Assembly: GCA_001600815.1 (NCBI GenBank)
Contig: BCKZ01000021.1
Span: 248,001-312,000, forward strand
Length of the DNA stretch: 64,000 bases
DNA from: Alloascoidea hylecoeti
Taxonomy: Eukaryota
Reading direction: 5' to 3'
The position numbers were made by a program, and so were the translations under genes. Positions 22,984 through 34,600 of the stretch are shown here, piece after piece. The notes beneath the pieces were generated by a model that saw nothing but the letters and a program-made list of their open reading frames with translations, was not told where the DNA came from and did not search any database. Positions within the stretch are counted from its first letter, which is position 1. Every line of letters begins with the position of its first letter.

Positions 22984-23816
22984 TCTGGATTCTGGAATCA
23001 TCGGAATAAATATATTTCTGTTATAATTGTTCTATAATCAGATTTGTAACTAAAATATAAAATATTCAATATCTAGTATGAACATGTAGAACTAGATAGT
23101 TATCTTTAGATAATGATAAAGCAAAAAATCAACCAGCTACTGTAATATCATTATAATAAACAGTATATTAATAAAGTATGAAAGCTGTATGAACAAGAAG
23201 AAGATATACATGTATACTATTGTATATGTAAACTAAGGGATTATTTGCCTATTCATTTGAAGGTGTACCAACATGTGTTGATGGATTGATCACACGACCA
23301 CGAATCTAATTGGAACAACAATATCTACATATTCGTAACTTTCGTTGCCCTCTAATCATGATCCTCGGACCCGCCATCTAAACCGTCCCTGCATATGGGC
23401 CATCTTTTAATATCAACCACTTTTGACATAAATTAGCCCATATTTGAGTAAACATTCTCCAGCATATTGGAATAATTGGGATTGTGATGTAATAATAGTC
23501 GGCCACATAACTCAATAAATATTCGGCCGCTAAACACTTAATATGTGGCCACTATTTAAATCAAATACTCGGCCATGGCCACATCATGATTCACAACTTC
23601 CCAAAGTTTTCTTAGCCTTTTATTAAATCAAGTAATTTGAAAAATACTTTCCTTTAATATATATCTTTGTGGGATTTTAGTTCACTGTATTTATGAAAAT
23701 GGACATCATAATTTAGTGTAAATAGAAATATAACAAACTATCAATGCTAGTAAATTTATATAACCAACCATCTACATGTATTAATATTGTATATGATATA
23801 AACAAATAAAATATAC

Positions 23817-24376
23817 TTAGAACGGTAAAGGTTCTCCTCCATAATTTAAAAATGATCCAGAATNCTCAATAGTAAGACTACTCANAACTTTCAAAATAGA
23901 AGAAACGGATTCATTGGTGGATAATACCTTGAACTTTTGATCTTCGTACTCAGTTTGATCACCTTTTTTAAGACCAAATGTTTTAAGAAACTTTTTACTC
24001 ATATCAGTTGCTACCACACCCGGGTGAAACGAAGNNNNNNNNNNNNNNNNNNNNNNNNNNNNNNNNNNNNNNNNNNNNNNNNNNNNNNNNNNNNNNNNNN
24101 NNNNNNNNNNNNNNNNNNNNNNNNNNNNNNNNNNNNNNNNNNNNNNNNNNNNNNNNNNNNNNNNNNNNNNNNNNNNNNNNNNNNNNNNNNNNNNNNNNNN
24201 NNNNNNNNNNNNNNNNNNNNNNNNNNNNNNNNNNNNNNNNNNNNNNNNNNNNNNGTAGCTTTATCTGGATTTCTTGCAGAAGCAATAACTAGATTATCAG
24301 AATGTAAAGATAATTGTTTAACAAAGGAAAATCCAATTCCTCTATTTCCACCAGAGATAAAATAAACGGTTGTCAT
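23817..24376 (-). CDS. SDR copy 2 (tandem paralogue), interrupted by an assembly gap at 24035-24254
   Basis: N-terminus is identical to copy 1 (MTTVYFISGGNRGIGFSFVKQLSLHSDN). C-terminus PGVVATDMSKKF..SGSFLNYGGEPLPF is similar but not identical. Confidence 0.8.
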
Positions 24377-24679
24377 TTTTAGAGTTGCAATAAGTAGAGT
24401 TGATATACTGTTAATTTCAAGTTTAATTTGAATTAATTCAAGTTTATGATTAAGAAGTAAAGTAATTGAATAGAACCCATTTGAAATTTTATGTTTGACA
24501 TTTGAAAATTGATGTTTAACTTATTATTATTCAAAAGTATTGCATTATATATATATATATATATATTTTAATCTTGTTACATAAAGATGAAGCCCTACCT
24601 TACAAAACAAACCCAAAGTTTTTTTTTTTTTTTTCTTTTCCTTTTCAATTATAGATATATTTCTAATGGTCAGTCAAGC

Positions 24680-25650
24680 ATAACCAAGGACGCTCCACTG
24701 AAGCAGAAAAAATCAGAATGCACAACATGAGAAATGATTCTGGTGTTTCCATTCTTGAGATTTCTAAAAATAACAACGCGTCGCGTCAGGCAATGTACAT
24801 GTTCTTTAAGCGATCGAACGCTCAACACCAGGCTATTCAGAAGATTGAAACCCGTAGAAGTGAGCCAATTAATACACCTCTGTCTATAAGGCATTTAGTA
24901 CGCATAACGATTAGTGATTGTGATTCAACACTGACAAGTATCACGAAACAATCTACGTAAAACAGTGTAGAGACACATGCCACACTGCTCTGGGCTCAGT
25001 CGTTTTAAAAAGACATCATGGAGTCAATAAGATTCCCCTGGAGGAGGGTCATATTAGTCACCGAAAGAAATGGGGAAACCCACCCTCAGTAAGATGAGGA
25101 GTTTAAAATTATAATTTCGTCCAGAAATTCCAGAAATATCAAATGGGTAACTCGTAGTCTGTAGAAAAGTAGTTTCCGGCCCTGTAAGTACGAAAGGGAA
25201 GTCTAGAGGTCTGTAACTAATAGTTTGAAGCTTCATAGGGGGTAATATCCCATCCCAATTTCACGTTTTTGATAATGTAAGAAATATATTTGGATGTACT
25301 TAGAGGTTTTAAGACCCACCTGATTAAATATTTAAGGAGACTTCAGAAATAAGGTTATTACCATGTAAGCTAACGCGCCCATTTATAAAACTGGCGTCGT
25401 GATGGCTTAGTTTAGAGAAGAGGAGATTGAAGTGATGGAGTCCGACATACAACCCAGACCTCAACCCAATTGAGAAGGTCTGGGATAAGTGGAAGCGTTT
25501 GATCCCGTATGATGAGCGCCAGCCTTGATAAAATTGCTTGAAACCAAGGGAGAAAAATGGATCAACAATTTTATTCAAAAATTATATCGCGAACGCCAAA
25601 GGTCATGGAAGAGCTTCTAAAAAATGGTGGTGGTCATATGGGTGGTTAAG
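24680..25650 (+). mobile_element. Degenerate Tc1/mariner (IS630-Tc1) transposase relic
   Basis: 24718-24960 gives HTH-like GVSILEISK..SRQAM..FFKR...IRHLVR. 25350-25650 gives M*ANAPIYK..V.A*FREEEIEVME / PTYNPDLNPIEKVW..WKR ..LLKNGGGH, matching the Tc1 QDNAP.H and WP..SPDLNPIE.VW motifs. Stops and frameshifts throughout. Confidence 0.78.
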
Positions 25651-26050
25651 CTACAACTACTCAATTTATAATTCTATAAATAGCATGATTAGAAAGAGCA
25701 GATCAAAAGCTTTTTTCTTCTAACACAAATCGTTTTTCTATTCTAATATGTGTGATTTGTGGTTATGTTATGGTGTTGTCTGGATGTTGAAATAGTACGG
25801 TAGATAGCAGACTTTCCTTTAATTTACATTACCTCATTATCTTATCTTTATATTACCTCTTACTCCTCCTATCTGATCAGTAATAGACATTGTATTAACA
25901 TTACATCGTAACGCTAAGTGAATAGGGTTTAATGTCAAATATAGACCAAACACAGGTCAGTCACTCTCCAGATAATATAAGGAAATATAGATCACTTGTA
26001 ATCTTTAATACCTAGTGATCTCACTCAATAACTTGGAATCAAATTAAGTA

Positions 26051-26216
26051 ATTGTCCTTTTAACTCAGGTACACAAAGCTTATATCTCACTCAAGTCAGT
26101 TGAAAAAGTCAATTAAACAAGTCCCGTCACCCAATTTACTACTCTTGGTCTTTTCTAGCAAAGGTAATTGTATTATAGCGTATAACTTATGGAGTGCTTC
26201 TTTTCCGGAACCTTCT
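26051..26216. repeat. Diverged direct repeat, copy 2
   Basis: Aligns with 21424-21600. Confidence 0.7.
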
Positions 26217-26955
26217 ACCAAAACATAAGGGGTTTCGTCAGGAGCCCAACAAATAGTATACGGAGGTGAAACCAATCAATAAAGGTTGACCAAGCTCGGG
26301 TGGATTCGGTTTTAGTATGATAATCCCACAATATAGTAGCAATACCCCACTTTTATGTTAATTTGGTTTCTACTCTAGGTTTCATCCATGTTATTGTTGT
26401 AGATACTTTTCTTTGGAACTTTCCGAACGGTTAATATTCTGGAAAATGTTTAGGCTATATTCTAAAGAAAGATTAAGCTTGGTATGCATGTCTGGCCCAT
26501 ATACTTCTGTAAGTAAAGAAAGTATCAATTAAATCCCATTGTCCTTTTCGTCCTATAGTTTTGAAAGTCCAATTTTCCCCGGACCCGGGAGATAGATAAT
26601 ATAATCAATTCGATAAAGTTAAACTCCTACCCTCCTCTTCTAGGGTGGTGATTTGTGGGGAATATTTATATCATATCCAACTGGGTTACTTGTTAGCTTC
26701 AACAATACTAATTGTAGTCAGATACTATTAATATTCAATTCACTTTCAAAAGTGATCTAATGATCAGTTTGAAACATAAGTAGATGAAGCTATCTATCAG
26801 CAAGGTAATGAACTTAACTTTAAATTACAAAAATTATAGGCCGGTTTTTACACTAGTCAGCGGTCGCTGTAAAATTGATAAATAGTACCTCCTCCCCCCC
26901 AATTGTATTATTCACTGGCTATAAACTGAAGAATTATCTAACTACATCACTAAAC

Positions 26956-28614
26956 ATGAGCTGGACTGAAATCGCAGAAGATAAGAGACATCAACTTTTG
27001 TCTAAGATTCCTAAAGAATGGTTATTGGAACATATTCCAACTCCTGATGAGGAACCAAATGCTCTTGAATTCTTAAACAAAAACTTACCTCGAGATGAGC
27101 AAGAAATAACAGAAAGTTCAATTGTCAAATTGGCATCTGATATTTCTAATGGGAAATACACAGCTGTTGAAGTAACTACAGCATTTTGTCATAGAACTGC
27201 TGTGGCCCAACAATTACTTAATTGCTGTTCTGAGATTTGTTTCGAAGAAGCGTTAACAACAGCAAAGAATTTAGATGATTATTATGCGAAAACAGGAAAA
27301 ACTGTTGGACCTTTACATGGAGTACCAATCTCCATTAAAGATCAATTAAATGTTGAAGGACTTGATTCTGCAATTGGTTATATTGGTGAATTGAATAAGC
27401 CCAAAACTAAGGAACAGGAATCGAATTTTACAACTATTTTAAGAAATTCGGGTGCTATTATTTACTGTAAGACGACCGTTCCAATGGCAATGATGTCTGT
27501 CGAAACACACTCAAATATTTATGGTGATACGCTAAATGCTTTAAATAGACATTTATCTTGTGGGGGAAGCTCTGGTGGTGAAGGTGCTCTAATTGGTGCA
27601 AGAGGTTCATTATTAGGACTTGGAACTGATATTGGTGGAAGCATTAGATTTCCGGCATCTGTGCAAGGTCTTTATGGTTTAAGGCCAAGTACTAGTAGAT
27701 TGCCTTATTGTAAGCTTGACAATTCAATGCCATTTCAACCTTATATTCCTTCGGTCATTGGCCCTATCGCACAAGATCTAGACGATTTGAAGTTCTTCAC
27801 AAAGATGGTCATAGATACAAAACCCTGGCTTGATGACCCTAAGTGCCCCCCAATTCCTTGGAGGGAACCAGAGGAAGTAAAGGGTAAGAAGCTTACGTTT
27901 GGTATAATGAAATTCGATGGGATATCAATGCCACATCCTCCAGTTTTGAGAGCAATCGATGAGCTTACACAAACCTTGAAGGCTGCTGGTCATGATGTTG
28001 TTGAATGGGATCCACCTAGCCACGAAGAAATTTATGATGCTACCAGTGCGATTTATACCGCTGATGGATACCAAGAAATTTTAGACCACTGCAAGTTGAG
28101 CGGTGAACCATACTGTGATATTTTATTAGGACTACCTTTAAATCATAAAGAATCACCAGATTTGAATCTTAAAGCTGTATCAGTTGGTGAGCATTGGAAT
28201 CAGGGAAAACGAAAATATGAATTACAACTTAAATATGATGCTTATTGGAAATCAACAAAGAAAATAACTTCAACAGGAAGACCAATTGATGCATTTATTG
28301 CTCCTGTTTGTGAGGCTGCTGCTTTTAAACCAGGACAAGCCCCCTTATTATCTTTGAGCTATACATGCGCTATCAATCTTTTAGATTATTCTACTTGTAT
28401 TGTACCGGTCACAAAAGTTGACAAGAATATTGATCCCATCGATACCTCTTACAAGCCAATCAATGATAGAGATAAGAGGGCGTATGAGATATATGACCCC
28501 GAGTTATTTGATGGAGCTCCAGTTTCATTACAGGTTATTGGAGGGAGATATGAAGAAGAAAAAACTATTTATATTTCAAGCGTTATTCGTGATCTCTTAC
28601 AAGTCCATGGTTAG
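26956..28614 (+). CDS. Amidase-signature family enzyme (acetamidase/AMD2-like)
   Basis: GPLHGVPISIKD, GGSSGGEG, GTDIGGSIRFP catalytic signature. The first ATG is at 26956 (the track start 26875 is TTG). Confidence 0.93.
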   Translation: MSWTEIAEDKRHQLLSKIPKEWLLEHIPTPDEEPNALEFLNKNLPRDEQEITESSIVKLASDISNGKYTAVEVTTAFCHRTAVAQQLLNCCSEICFEEALTTAKNLDDYYAKTGKTVGPLHGVPISIKDQLNVEGLDSAIGYIGELNKPKTKEQESNFTTILRNSGAIIYCKTTVPMAMMSVETHSNIYGDTLNALNRHLSCGGSSGGEGALIGARGSLLGLGTDIGGSIRFPASVQGLYGLRPSTSRLPYCKLDNSMPFQPYIPSVIGPIAQDLDDLKFFTKMVIDTKPWLDDPKCPPIPWREPEEVKGKKLTFGIMKFDGISMPHPPVLRAIDELTQTLKAAGHDVVEWDPPSHEEIYDATSAIYTADGYQEILDHCKLSGEPYCDILLGLPLNHKESPDLNLKAVSVGEHWNQGKRKYELQLKYDAYWKSTKKITSTGRPIDAFIAPVCEAAAFKPGQAPLLSLSYTCAINLLDYSTCIVPVTKVDKNIDPIDTSYKPINDRDKRAYEIYDPELFDGAPVSLQVIGGRYEEEKTIYISSVIRDLLQVHG

Positions 28615-29488
28615 AACTACTTATATTTAATTATAGTCTTTAACTTTAAGATTATGGTAATTCAACATATAGACCTATAAATTATAACATTAGATCTATC
28701 TAGTATTTCATGACACACTTTCCAATTGATGATTCGCGATCGATATCTATAGATGTGTACCTACAACTAATTGATTTATAAAAATTTCAGATAATTATAG
28801 TCATCAAGATTAAACTAAAGCAACTTCACCGGTATTTCAGCTTGTAGTACTGTAGCAGCGCTAGCAGTTAATTATGATTATGACTTATATTCCATAACCA
28901 CTCATGGTCTCATGGTCGTATACTATGCATAGCTACTTTTGGCATAAATTCTTCGAGCATATTAGACTTCGATCTGCAGCTGCAGTTCTACACTAGTTAG
29001 TGGTTATGAATGAGCTCGAGGGTTGTATTATTGTTTTCAACACTTCCAGGGTGGTAAATGATCGGCAGGGAATATATGGATCTTAGGGAAATGTTTATAC
29101 TTTACATTGGATTCGAGGTGGTCATGATTAATCTTTAAAATTTGGTATGAAAAATGAGTTAAATAATCATTGGGGCTAATCAATATCAGGAAGAGCGGAA
29201 AACTATGAGTGTATCCTTTGATTACCTATACTTAGATTGATATTGCTTATTGTACTATAGGCCTATATCAAATCATGGGTTTCTCATTTTAAGCTCTGGC
29301 TCTAACCAAGTAACTACGTGTTATTTGTTATGCATTTTTTGCTTTCAAAAACTCACAAACTCACAAACTCACTGTTAACGTTTACCATAATCTCTTACTT
29401 TTCTGAAAATTTCAATTAAACTAAATTTAACGTTCATCAATTTCAATGTAAAATAAATATTATTGTCATATATGATTATAAACATAAG

Positions 29489-29959
29489 TCATGTGTGTAC
29501 TTTGCGATTAGGCATTGGAGATTTAGAAAATTTCCTTTTCCTTCCACTATAGAAGTCACAGTTCTCTCTTAGATGCTTATTCAATCCACCTATAGATATC
29601 TTTAACCCTTTGAAAGATTTGGCTAGTTGCGCCTGCATTTCTCGTACCGTGATTGTTGGATCTGCTTCAATGATATCAAATAAAAACTGTTCATGCTCTG
29701 GGCGGATTTTTGCTGGTCTACCACGCAGCTTTCCAACAGTTTTTCCTGGTTCATCCACAAATGCATAATCATCATTTTTGTCTTTCCTAATCCAGTCGTC
29801 AACAGTACTACGTGGAATTCCAAGATCGATGGCGATCATAGTTGGTGTGCACAACATATTGTGTGCTCTTTCAAATACCTCAGCTTTAAGTTCGGCATTA
29901 TAACGTCTGTAGGGTTTTCTGGCTTTTCCTTTTTTCTTTATGGGCTCATCCTCCTTTAG

Positions 29960-30035
<76 letters not shown>

Positions 30036-30301
30036 GATGTCTCGCCTATCGTCTCAGTATCTCCAGTCTGATTATCTGTCTCATCAATATCCTTAACTGA
30101 ATCTTTGGGATCCTTGGAAGCACTATGAATAGCTGAGTACATCTCATTAGTTAGAATGGGTTTGGCTGGACAGTGTGATCCATCTATATTGAAATAATAT
30201 TTATTTGCTAATAAATATCATCAGCAATAAACCCACTACCATCTGAAAAATCATTTATACGTACTACTAGTATCATTGATAGAGCTGTGATTGCTTGCCA
30301 T
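29489..30301 (-). CDS. Transposase-derived tandem HTH DNA-binding protein without a DDE domain; predicted exon 1 30301-30265, intron 30264-30133, exon 2 30132-29489
   Basis: YRRY..E.K....IAIDLGIPRSTVDDW and RGRPAKI.PEH.QFL...I..DP.ITV.EM...L...F.GL.IS IS630/Tc1-type HTHs, ending at a stop with no catalytic domain. A GTACGT..TTCTAAC..CAG intron restores the frame (A|CT). Contains a poly-Asn tract. Confidence 0.7.
29961..30034. repeat. (AAT)n microsatellite, ~24 units, encoding poly-Asn
   Basis: Perfect tta/att run seen directly. Confidence 0.95.
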
Positions 30302-30619
30302 CTCTAATTTTCAGTTTTAGTAAATTTTAATGGTGGAAAACTATAGAAAGATTATACAAGTATACAAGCGATATGCTTACCTATATTGAGCTTGGTAGAA
30401 ATATTAGAAGAAGAATAATAATGAGCAAATTTCAAAGTTAAGGAGAATTGACCTTCAATTTATATAGAAGGCCATATGGCCGTCGATGTGCATCCACCGT
30501 TGCTACTTAATTTCAGCAAATAAAACAGATATGTTCGTTGCCATGGAGACAGACTTTCCGTACAAGCGTAAGAAAAATAACATAATTAGATCGATCTGTA
30601 GGGTTGTTATGAGAAGTTA

Positions 30620-30942
30620 AATAAATGATCGGCAAAAACTGTATAAATCTTCGGGGAATGTATCATAGTAGTATATGTTACCAGAGTGATTTATCTTCGG
30701 TACACGAGGGTCTCAAGTACCTACTCTGCCCTCTTCCTTGACTCCCCAAGCTTGCTTGATTACTAGAACCAACCAGTGTTATTTTTTAAATTTCTTATTC
30801 GATCATTCTGAGGCTCTTTTTATAATATAACAAGTTTAAATATAAATTAAATAGACTTATATGGGAAGATTAATCACTCTGGTAACGAAAAATAATTATC
30901 AGATTCCACGAAGATTTATATGGTTTTTGCCGATCATTTATT
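30620..30942. mobile_element. MITE-like element with ~80-bp imperfect inverted arms
   Basis: 30620-30698 (ataaatgatcggcaaaaac..tataaatcttcg..gttaccagagtgatt) is the reverse complement of 30865-30942. Confidence 0.7.
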
Positions 30943-31682
30943 CAATTATTTAATTAATTGGGTGTAATTATCACTGTAATACCACTCTGATCATGAATTG
31001 AAAATTTACATTTAAATTTAAATTTATGATGCTATTCTATTTAACTTCGTCCAATTAGTGGACTAAATATTCGGTCACTTACTGACCCAGATAATCGGCC
31101 ATGTGGTAACTAAGTATTAAATTTGCTGTCGATCTTCCACTTTCTACCGAATATTTAATGCCATACACGTCACAGAGCTCTTTAAATTTCTGTCATTGTT
31201 TCGATAATTTATCTCCACAGTAACGAAACATTTTGGTGTAGTTGCTGAAATTAACCGTAAACTAAGTTATTTAGTAAAAGATTGTCTGGAAACAAAAAAA
31301 TACATTTGCCAATAAGTTTATTCACAATTTCACACACGGGAACCAATATACATATTAAATATACTTAGCTTTGCTAATCTTAATATTAATTTTAAATAAT
31401 ACAAATGTTGGCGCGCAAGTGCTGTAATAACAAAGCTTTATAATTAGAATTTCCTCGAATTCGGTTAACGTTAATTAGTTTGTGTAAGTGTGTAAGCCTA
31501 TATCCAATTGCAATTTTAAGGAAATATACGTATAAAGCTTTTATGGAAATTATAAATTTAATTATAAATATTAAATGAAATTCTATCATGAGACCATAAC
31601 CAATTCAAAAGGGAAAAAAAGCAAAGTTAAGCCACTATAGTATACATGTACCAGAACAAATCATTGAACAAAACCTCCCTTA

Positions 31683-34600
31683 TTAACTATTATTAAAATT
31701 AGTAACATTATTTTGATCCTCTTGCAATTTTTTGGGGTTGCTATTTCTTCGATTCAGACTTTCAGATGCTCCGGGTGCTTCTCTTTCATCCTCGCTCTGA
31801 TATCCATCCTCATCCAAACTGATACTTTCAGAGTCATGTTCATGATCAACAGGACGGATTACAGTTTCTAGAAATGTTACCTCAGTATAACGTTTCTTCT
31901 CATTTCTTGCTGATCTAGCAACCGCCAAACCTTCCTCCAAAATCCCTTTCCTGTACTTGAACAGTTTGATTTGTTCCCTCACATGCCTTGTAATAGCTTC
32001 TTTCAGCAAGACTTCTTTCGCTTTATAGTAATCTCCGACATCTATGGCTAAACCTTCATGTAGATCATGTAATTGCGTCTCCAGATGCAATTTTCTAGTT
32101 AATAATTCATCCCTTTCAACAAGTAGTTTTCTTTGTCTATTCATTCGACGAGTCCTAGAATCAACAAAGTTAAAGAACCCATTAGTAGGTGGAGGCGGCA
32201 ATGATGATGCAGACATAGACGATAATGATGTTTGCTTTATTACCCTTCTAGGCGAATCAATACTGTTATTATCATCGCTAAGACATGATGTGCTTGTATC
32301 AGCATACATATGGTGTTCAATTATACTTCCATTTATGCTTCTTGTATCCATATTATCACCAGTGATGTATCCATTTTCATTGACTGTTAATTTCCTATTA
32401 CCTTTAGACATCTTATCATCAAGCTTAATTAATTCCTTTTCAATTAAAACCTGCCGATTCCAAATTTTCCAAAATTGTGGTATTTGATATTTAATTGGCG
32501 CTGATAATTTATTATAAACAATTTGTGTAAAATCGGTCAAAGTCAAAAGAAAATTAGCTAAAGTTTGTGAATCAGGATGACATTTATCCGAGTATGCATT
32601 TTCTAAAACTTGAAATAAATTCTCATTCTCTTTATCGATGAGATTTCCATTCCGTGCGAAAGCAATTCCATGAATTGTTTCATTTAACAGTTGAATAGAA
32701 GGTCTTAATTTATCTCTTTCCACGTTCATAATTTGAAGAGAAATCCTAAAACATTTTCCTAAAACTGTTTTGACCATACTAAGCTCCAATTCCAAGTGCT
32801 TTAAAAAACCCTCCATTGTTTTTATATCATTAGGGTAATCAACATAACCTTGCATCAATTGAATATCCTCAAGTTTTCTCTTTTCACTCCAAATTGCCTC
32901 ATTGACGATCTTTTTATCTTCCAAAAGGGATTTTACTTTTAAATTCGAACGAGAGATACACTGCGGCTTATTTATATCAGGAACAAGTAAAAACTCCCAA
33001 AGTAATTCATGCTGTTGAATCTTTGGAAGAGAGAGTAGTGTCCATAGAAATTGGTTTAATAAATAAATGATTTCATGATTTAATTTCTGATGAAATTTTA
33101 AAGGAAGGGACATATTATCGTGTTTGAATGAGAATTTTGGATATACCTGTTCAGATGAGATATAATTTGAGTTATCAAGAGTATTAGCTTGTGGAATACT
33201 TTTACTTTGTATATCATACAGATCCGGATTTAATCTCAGTCTTTCTGCTGCTGACAGCGTTGAGTTAGAGTTCGAAGTTGTATTTGAGTTTGTCTTGGTA
33301 TTTGGTTGTCCCTTTGAACTTTTATTCATACTAGATGGAAATGGTTGAGGAAATATTGAAGGAACACCTGAGTTTGGAAATTCAAACTGTAACAAATTCG
33401 CGAGAAATTCAAAATCTTCTAAAGATCGATAAACTGTAAAAATCTGGCAAACTTTCCCTTTACTTTTTCCTTTTGCATCTTTTTTATCATGGTCTTCTAT
33501 AACCTCATTTATCAGCCCAGTCTTTATCACAAACTTAGCTTCATCTCGAATATATAGATATCTGACAACCCCTACAATGAACTCTTTTTCCTTCCCAACT
33601 TTCTCATCTTTATATTGTTTATTAACATGAAACATCCCAATTTCTTTAAATAATCTTAATTCATCGAGCATAATTTTAAGTGTTTTATCCTTTGCTAAAT
33701 CAGCGGCTGTTTGCCCTTTATTATTTAATAATGAAAATTCAATATCATCATAACGAAATGAAGAATTAGTGTTAAATTTCTTCCCAAATTCACTAGATCC
33801 ATGATGCTCTGAGTGTAGTTTAGGGTGCTGTTGAGCAGAAGCATATATATGAGAATTGTGACACAATTCTCTGATTACTTCTTCCCTGCCATATTTTGCC
33901 CAGACCATTAGAGAAGTCAAATTTTTCTCATTTCCTGAATTTACATTCAGAAACTTTCCATACTTATATATTAAAGATATTGTTTTCGGAGTTGTTAAAA
34001 TATGAAGTAAAGTATTATGCTTATTATCTATATGGTCTGATAGCAAAATTGTTCTCAAGCCGTGTGATGATACCGTTGATTTATTAGAGGTTATAGATGA
34101 ATGATGATTCTCTAAATGATAGTACCACTCGGCACAAGATTTCATCGCAACTTCTACAACAGTATCATATTGAGAATGATCATAACATCTACATATTGCA
34201 AATAATGGTGTCTGTCCATTGGCATCCTTCACTTTCCAGTTGATATAAGGACTGATTTGCGGTATAAGTTTGTAGTTATTAAATAGATAGTGAGGTGCTG
34301 TTCTGTGATAAATATCCGGGACACATAAAAATGAGGTTAACTGCGATGGAGTTAAATAAGAGTAGAGAAATTTTAATAGTATCAATATGATTTTATCATT
34401 AACAGTATAATCGCTCGAATCACTTGAGTTGGAAGAAGAACCACTCTCAGAAGGAACTTCTGAAGTTGAATATGAAGGTGAAGTTTGCAATGCGGCTGAC
34501 AGTAATGTAACATCATTTATGCCAGTATCACTGATAGCAAAATCAGATCCATTTAATTCTAGTAAATCCGTAAACATTTGAACTCTAAGATCTTCATTAA

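Noticed and set aside
23937..24376. Long X-containing ORFs
   Set aside because: Artefacts of the N gap at 24035-24254.
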